Part shown: in pieces, positions 31,834-36,846 of the stretch | How positions within the stretch are numbered: the stretch's first letter is position 1 | Layout: each line of letters starts with the position of its first letter | Origin: an uncultured Treponema sp. | GTDB taxonomy: Bacteria > Spirochaetota > Spirochaetia > Treponematales > Breznakiellaceae | DNA: 36,846 nucleotides | Assembly: GCA_964446515.1 (NCBI GenBank) | Contig: CAYUPG010000002.1 | Span: forward strand, 1 to 36,846 | Direction: 5' to 3' | The notes under the pieces: model-generated | What the model saw: only the letters and a program-made list of their open reading frames with translations | The model's database searches: none | Told to the model about the DNA's origin: nothing | Made by a program: the position numbers and the translations under genes

Positions 31834-33105
31834 ATGATACGAAATAAAAAGCGTGTTTTGCCGCAGTGCGTCGCCGCTGCGGCGCTTCTTTTATCGTCCT
31901 GCTCCATGGATGACTGGAACGCCGATCTTGCGGAGTTCGTGGACAACGGGCTCTCCATGGTGGACATGCGGTCCGTGAGCTTCTCCGCCGCCGACGGGAC
32001 CAGCGGCACGCGCTTCGCCTCGGGAACGACGATCACGGGGGAGGTCGCGGTGGTGAACCCCAAGGAGTTCGACGTGACCTATTCCTTATCGTGGGATCCG
32101 CCGGGCTTCTTCGCCGTGGACCCTCCGGCGGCGCCGGTCCAGTCGGACCCCAACAGGGTGGCCTTCAGCTTCGTCTTCGACGAGAGCGCGGAGCATAGGA
32201 CGGTCACCTTTACCCTGGGGAAGCACGCCGGGGCCATCAACAAGACCTACCCGACGGAGACCTTTTCGGTGCTCTGCGACAGTCCGCCGAACGCGGCCGC
32301 CGACCTTGCGGCGTCCATGGACGGGGACCGCAAATCTACCCTGAGCTTCACCGCCCCGAACCAGGTGAGCGACGACGATCTCGACCGGGCGGAAATAGCC
32401 TGGACCAAGCATTCGGTCCTGAGCCCCGCGGGCGGGTCGGGAACCATCAGCCCCCTTGTGCCGGGGGAGGCCTACTCCTTCGTGCCGCCGGGCTGCGCTC
32501 CGGGCTACTCCTACTCCTATTCCATACGGCTCTACGACCTTTCGGGGCAGCGGTCTGCCGCGGCGAGCGCCACGAGCGCCGCCCACGACTATTCCCTGAG
32601 CTACGACGGCAACGGGAGCGACGGGGGCTCTGCGCCGCCGGCCGCGGCGGTCCCGGCGGAAACTTTGATCAGCGCCGCGGCGAGCAGCTTTACCCGGGCG
32701 GGGTACGCATTCCTGGGCTGGAACACCGAGCCTGGGGGCACCGGCACGGCCTACGCGACGGGGGCGAGCTTCCGCATGCCGGCGGCGGACCGGGTCCTCT
32801 ATGCCCAGTGGTCCAACAGCGGGGTCCTGGTGGAGTTCGACCTGGGAGAGCAGGGCTTGGTCTTCAGCCCGGGCACCATTTCCGTGCTGCGGGGGGACGT
32901 TCTGACGATCGCCTGCACGAATCCGGACCTTGCAGGCGCCCGCTTCGCCTGGTACGAGGACGGGGTCGAGATAGGAGCGGAGGAGGGGCCCTCCTTCACC
33001 TGGGCGACCGCGGGGAAGGCGCCGGGCCAGTACGTGATCAGCTGCACGGCGACCTACGGGGGCATGACCTATTCGGGCCAGGTCCGGGCGACGATCACCT
33101 ATTAG
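31834..33105 (+). CDS. Lipoprotein with FN3/Ig-like regions and one InlB-type B-repeat
   Basis: Lipobox LLLSSC. Repeat LSYDGNGSDGGS...TRAGYAFLGWNTEPGGTGTAY...LYAQW. Beta-rich C-terminus. Confidence 0.7.
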   Translation: MIRNKKRVLPQCVAAAALLLSSCSMDDWNADLAEFVDNGLSMVDMRSVSFSAADGTSGTRFASGTTITGEVAVVNPKEFDVTYSLSWDPPGFFAVDPPAAPVQSDPNRVAFSFVFDESAEHRTVTFTLGKHAGAINKTYPTETFSVLCDSPPNAAADLAASMDGDRKSTLSFTAPNQVSDDDLDRAEIAWTKHSVLSPAGGSGTISPLVPGEAYSFVPPGCAPGYSYSYSIRLYDLSGQRSAAASATSAAHDYSLSYDGNGSDGGSAPPAAAVPAETLISAAASSFTRAGYAFLGWNTEPGGTGTAYATGASFRMPAADRVLYAQWSNSGVLVEFDLGEQGLVFSPGTISVLRGDVLTIACTNPDLAGARFAWYEDGVEIGAEEGPSFTWATAGKAPGQYVISCTATYGGMTYSGQVRATITY

Positions 33106-33118
33106 GCGGGAGGAGAGC

Positions 33119-35173
33119 ATGAGACGACTGATAGGGGCCGCGGCCCTCTGCCTGCTTGCCGCTTCCTGTTCGCCCCTTTTGGACGGGGCGGACGCACGGC
33201 TGCCCGAGGGAAGGGTGACCCTGGTGCTTGGGGGCGCAGACGGGAGGACCGTGCTGCCCAATTTCCCGGCCCTGGTGAACGAGGTGACGGTGACCATGAC
33301 GCCCCAGTCCGGGGGCGGCGCCCTGGTGCGGACCGCACCCTCCCTGGCGGGGAGCGTCATCTTCGACGGCTTGCCGACGGGGGAGTGGACGCTGCGGGTG
33401 GAAGCCCGGAGTTCGGGCTCCCTGGTGGGCAGCGGGGAGGCGCCGGTAACCGTAAACGCCGGGGTGAGCCAGACCGTGCGGGTTCCCATCATTTTCGATG
33501 CTTCGGGCTCGGCGAAGGGAAGCTTGAAGCTCGAGCTGCGCTGGCATGCCTCGCTGGAGATCGACCATCTGGAGTGGTCCATCGACGGCGGGGTTCCGTA
33601 CGCCGCGGACCTTATCGAAGCCGGGGGCTATTGGACTACGACCCTCGAGCGGATCGGATTGGACGCGGGCGGCTATAGGCTTGATCTGCATTTCAAGCGG
33701 GGCGGCGCGGGGGGGACAAGCGCGGGAAAGTTCGTCGAAGGGGTGAACATCTTTCCCGGCCGGGTCAGCGATGCGTGGATGGACAGGACGGGGGCGTACC
33801 GAAGCGTATGGGAGCTGCCGGCTTCGGACTTCCTTGATTCGGAATCAGCTCTGTACGATCTGACCATAAACGGGGCCTCCATAGGCTTCGCGTCCGGGAC
33901 TGCGGAGTACCACCTGGGCTCGGGTTTCGTGGACTCCATCTACTTTAGGCCGAGCTCCGCGGCGGCCGGCCAGTACATCACCTATATCTGGAACGAGGGT
34001 CCTGAAACGGAACTGCGGCCGGGGACCGATTCGCCCGCGCTGCCGCTGCGGCATCTGAACAATAAGCTGTTCGTCACCGTCCGAGCGCCGGACCGCGCAA
34101 CGACCCGGAGTTATTCCCTGGATTTTGAGGCCTATGAGCTCAGCTTCAACGGGAACGGATCGACCGGAGGCACCAAGCCCGCGAGCCTATTGGCGAGTCC
34201 GAGCACCGTCATTACGGTACCGGGAAATCCGGGTAACCTGACGAAGCCCGGCTATGCATTCCAGGGCTGGAATACCGCGGACGACGGGACCGGGACAGCC
34301 TACCTGGAGGGCGCCTCCCTTACCATGGCGGATGTGAACCGGGAGCTCTTTGCCCAATGGACCAATGAATCTCTAGTCGCCGCATTGGCTACCCTGGAGT
34401 CAGGCGGCACCGCAGTCATTACCGGTCCCTTGGGGGACGAGGAATTCGCGCTTATCAAAACCAAGCTGCAGGCCAACCCCAATGCGGCTTCGGTGACCGT
34501 GAATCTGAGCGGCGTGACGAACACGACCATGCCGAGCCAGGCTTTTTATAATTGTTCCGCCCTTGCTGCGGTAATACTCCCCACCGGCCTGACGGCCCTG
34601 CCTTCCGGCGCGTTCTGGGGCTGCACGGGCATCACGAACTTGACGCTGCCCGATTCGGTGACCTCCCTGGGCGCCCAGTGTTTCCAGGGGGCAAACAGCC
34701 TGGCCTACCTGCATATCGGAACGGGGTTGTCCACAATAAGCAACTTCAGCACCTTCAACTTGATGCCTGCCCTGCTGCAGATCACCGTGGCTCCGGGGAA
34801 TACCAATTTCGTCATCCTGGACGGCGTCCTCTACAACACGGCCAGGACCATACTCTACCGCTATCCGCCCAAGAGGGCCGGAGACAGCTTCACCATCCCG
34901 AGCACGGTGACTCGAATATATTCCTATGCCTTTGGGGATTGCTTGGACTTGACCACCATAACGGTGCCGGCGTCGGTTGCGACCCTGGACAGTTATGCCT
35001 TTGACGATTACAACGCACGGACAATATTCCATGGGATTGATCCGAGTACCGTATCTATTCAGACCTATACCTTTGGGTATACGCATCCGAACCTAATCAT
35101 CCAAGTGCCTGCGGACTTCCTGGCCGCGTACCAGGCAGCCTGGCCCGCATTCAGCGCATACATGACCGAGTAA
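33119..35173 (+). CDS. Lipoprotein with an InlB-type B-repeat and a BspA-type leucine-rich-repeat C-terminal domain
   Basis: Lipobox LLAASC. Repeat LSFNGNGSTGGT...TKPGYAFQGWNTADDGTGTAY...LFAQW. LRR_5-like repeats (AFYNCSALAAVILP, AFWGCTGITNLTLP, CFQGANSLAYLHI, YAFGDCLDLTTITVP). GGAGGA RBS upstream. Confidence 0.75.
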   Translation: MRRLIGAAALCLLAASCSPLLDGADARLPEGRVTLVLGGADGRTVLPNFPALVNEVTVTMTPQSGGGALVRTAPSLAGSVIFDGLPTGEWTLRVEARSSGSLVGSGEAPVTVNAGVSQTVRVPIIFDASGSAKGSLKLELRWHASLEIDHLEWSIDGGVPYAADLIEAGGYWTTTLERIGLDAGGYRLDLHFKRGGAGGTSAGKFVEGVNIFPGRVSDAWMDRTGAYRSVWELPASDFLDSESALYDLTINGASIGFASGTAEYHLGSGFVDSIYFRPSSAAAGQYITYIWNEGPETELRPGTDSPALPLRHLNNKLFVTVRAPDRATTRSYSLDFEAYELSFNGNGSTGGTKPASLLASPSTVITVPGNPGNLTKPGYAFQGWNTADDGTGTAYLEGASLTMADVNRELFAQWTNESLVAALATLESGGTAVITGPLGDEEFALIKTKLQANPNAASVTVNLSGVTNTTMPSQAFYNCSALAAVILPTGLTALPSGAFWGCTGITNLTLPDSVTSLGAQCFQGANSLAYLHIGTGLSTISNFSTFNLMPALLQITVAPGNTNFVILDGVLYNTARTILYRYPPKRAGDSFTIPSTVTRIYSYAFGDCLDLTTITVPASVATLDSYAFDDYNARTIFHGIDPSTVSIQTYTFGYTHPNLIIQVPADFLAAYQAAWPAFSAYMTE

Positions 35174-35182
35174 GGAAAAAGC

Positions 35183-36846
35183 ATGTCCATGAAGGAAAAA
35201 AAGGAAGGGCGGCGCCGGGTCCGGCGGCCCCTGGTGGTTAAGCTGATCGGCATCATCTCCATCATCGTGGTCGTTTCGGCGGCGGCGATAACGGGGATCT
35301 CGTCCTACTTCTTCTCCGACGATTCCCGGGCCCGGGCGGAGGAGAACGCCCTTACCCTGAGCCTGGTGCTCTCGTCGCAAGTGGAGGGCCGCGTCGAGTC
35401 GGTGGTGTCCGGCGCCCTGTCCCTCTTCGACGTCCTGCGGGAGAGCGCCGGGAACGAGGCCCTCTCCCGCTCGGCGACGGCCAACTACTTCGACCGGAAC
35501 GCCGCGGTGGCCTACATCGCCGCCCCGGGTCAAAGGGAAGTGGTCAACGCCAAGTTCTTCGCGGCCAACGAGCTGGAGCCGACGGTGCTGGCGCCCTTTC
35601 TGCAGAGCAAGGCCGACCTGCTCGCCCGCGCCCGGGAGGGGGAGACCCTGCTGTGCAACGCCAGCCCCTCGGTGGGCATACCCGCGGCGGCGATCTTCTT
35701 TCCCTACCGGGATATGGGTACCAGGAACGCCATGGTGATCCTCTTCTCCACCGAGGACCTGCAGGCCCTGGTGCAGACCGAGTCGGCGTCCCTCAGCTAC
35801 GCGGTGGCCTTCGACGGGAGCCTCATCGTACACCCGGACTTCGACCTGGTGCGTATGGGGGTCAACTTCGCCGACCGGGAGCTGGTCAGAAGGCTTCTGT
35901 CGGGCTCGTCGGACAACCTGCTGATGCGCTACCGGGATACGGACGGCCGGAGCTACCTGGGGGCCTACCGCAAGCTTGCCCTGGGGAACGCCGCGGTGAC
36001 CAGCAGCACTCCCACGGACCTGGTGTACAAGGCGGCCTTGGACGTGATGCGGAGGAACCTCTACATCACCGGGGTGGTGCTGCTCTTCTCGATACTCGCG
36101 GTCTGGCTCTTTTCCAAGACGGTATCCCGGCCGGTTCTGGCCCTGGTGGATGCGGCGGGGGACATAGAGGCGGGCCGCTTCGAGCTGGACATCAAGCCCC
36201 AGACTTCCGACGAGCTGGGGCTTTTGACCGAAAGCTTCGTGCACATGGGCAGGGGGCTCGCGGAGCGGGAGCGGGTAAAGGAGACCTTCGGCAAGTTCGT
36301 CAACAAGGCGGTGGCCGAGCAGGCCCTGCGGGGAGAGCTCAAGCTGGGGGGCGCTCGGAAGACCGCGACGATCTTCTTCTCCGACATCCGGTCCTTTACG
36401 GCGATCTCCGAGCGCCTCTCTCCCGAGGCGGTGGTTGAGTTCCTCAACGAGTACCTGACCCGCATGGTCTCGTGCATCGAGAACACCGGCGGGGTGGTGG
36501 ACAAGTTCATAGGCGACGCCATCATGGGCGTCTGGGGCGCCCCCCTTTCGGCGGGTAGTCCGCGGGAGGATGCCCTGGCGGCGGTGCGGGCCATGATGCT
36601 CATGCGGACCGCCCTTGCGGACTTCAACGCCGGGAGGGGAGGGGAGGACAAACCCCTCATCCGCATCGGCGCGGGGCTCAACACCGGTCCCTGCATCGCG
36701 GGCCAGATCGGCTCCCTGCAGCGCATGGAGTACACGGTCATCGGGGACGCGGTGAACCTGGCCAGCCGCATAGAGGCACTCAACAAGCCTTTCGGCACGG
36801 ACGTGCTGATCTCGGAGCATACCTACCGGCTTCTGGAGGACGAGGT
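35183..36846 (+). CDS. Membrane sensor class III adenylate/guanylate cyclase (extracytoplasmic sensor, HAMP, cyclase domain); 3' end lies outside the window
   Basis: Absent from the ORF track because there is no stop inside the window; I translated it by hand. MSMKEKKEGRRRVRRPLVVKLIGIISIIVVV (TM1), a ~270-aa extracytoplasmic region, TM2 ITGVVLLFSILAVWLF, HAMP (SRPVLALVDAAGDIEAGRF...LGLLTESF), and cyclase motifs ATIFFSDIRSFT, DKFIGDAIMGVWGAP and YTVIGDAVNLASR. Confidence 0.85.
   Translation, partial: MSMKEKKEGRRRVRRPLVVKLIGIISIIVVVSAAAITGISSYFFSDDSRARAEENALTLSLVLSSQVEGRVESVVSGALSLFDVLRESAGNEALSRSATANYFDRNAAVAYIAAPGQREVVNAKFFAANELEPTVLAPFLQSKADLLARAREGETLLCNASPSVGIPAAAIFFPYRDMGTRNAMVILFSTEDLQALVQTESASLSYAVAFDGSLIVHPDFDLVRMGVNFADRELVRRLLSGSSDNLLMRYRDTDGRSYLGAYRKLALGNAAVTSSTPTDLVYKAALDVMRRNLYITGVVLLFSILAVWLFSKTVSRPVLALVDAAGDIEAGRFELDIKPQTSDELGLLTESFVHMGRGLAERERVKETFGKFVNKAVAEQALRGELKLGGARKTATIFFSDIRSFTAISERLSPEAVVEFLNEYLTRMVSCIENTGGVVDKFIGDAIMGVWGAPLSAGSPREDALAAVRAMMLMRTALADFNAGRGGEDKPLIRIGAGLNTGPCIAGQIGSLQRMEYTVIGDAVNLASRIEALNKPFGTDVLISEHTYRLLEDE

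Noticed and set aside
35093-36820. 575-aa minus-strand ORF
   Set aside because: It is antisense to the hand-translated plus-strand cyclase gene, which has TM, HAMP and class III cyclase motifs. The minus-frame product is low-complexity and Arg/Gly/His-rich.

Overview
The window is a high-GC (roughly 65-70% by eye) bacterial chromosomal segment. A lower-GC block of about 10.9 kb (15747-26605) interrupts it. The high GC produces many long antisense shadow ORFs, so I kept only ORFs with family motifs I recognise, an RBS, or gene-coupling logic.

Gene content, left to right:
- A GH105-like hydrolase.
- An RNHCP zinc-ribbon gene translationally coupled to rsgA.
- A nitroreductase.
- A minus-strand 4-OT tautomerase / HxlR regulator / zinc-ribbon operon with TGTA-N6-TACA operator-like palindromes.
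- Two GNAT acetyltransferases and a DUF4256 protein.
- A four-gene signalling cluster (7035-11916). It starts with a stand-alone CarH-type B12-binding module carrying Wx9EH and ExHxxG motifs and no DNA-binding domain. That gene is translationally coupled to a soluble histidine kinase, then a REC-HisKA_2-type kinase, then a REC-PAS-GAF-PAS protein.
- A LacI-family regulator with araA and araD, with matching operator-like palindromes.
- The low-GC defence island.
- A surface-protein locus: a membrane AraC regulator, a beta-barrel/transglutaminase-like/TPR protein and three lipoproteins sharing InlB-type B-repeats (one also DUF1566-like, one BspA-type LRR). It ends in a 3'-partial class III nucleotidyl cyclase.

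The island is one co-directional minus-strand array: hsdR, hsdS, mcrB-like, mcrC-like, a truncated rhuM, yefM, yoeB, hsdM. hsdM lies 4.4 kb from hsdS, and its ATG is embedded in the last codons of the yoeB toxin gene. A 14/15-nt direct repeat brackets the island, and gene remnants sit at its right edge.

I also found a three-copy GC-rich intergenic repeat family and a G9 tract inside a lipoprotein CDS.

I recognised no rRNA, tRNA, CRISPR array, integrase or transposase. All family assignments come from motif recall, not from database searches.
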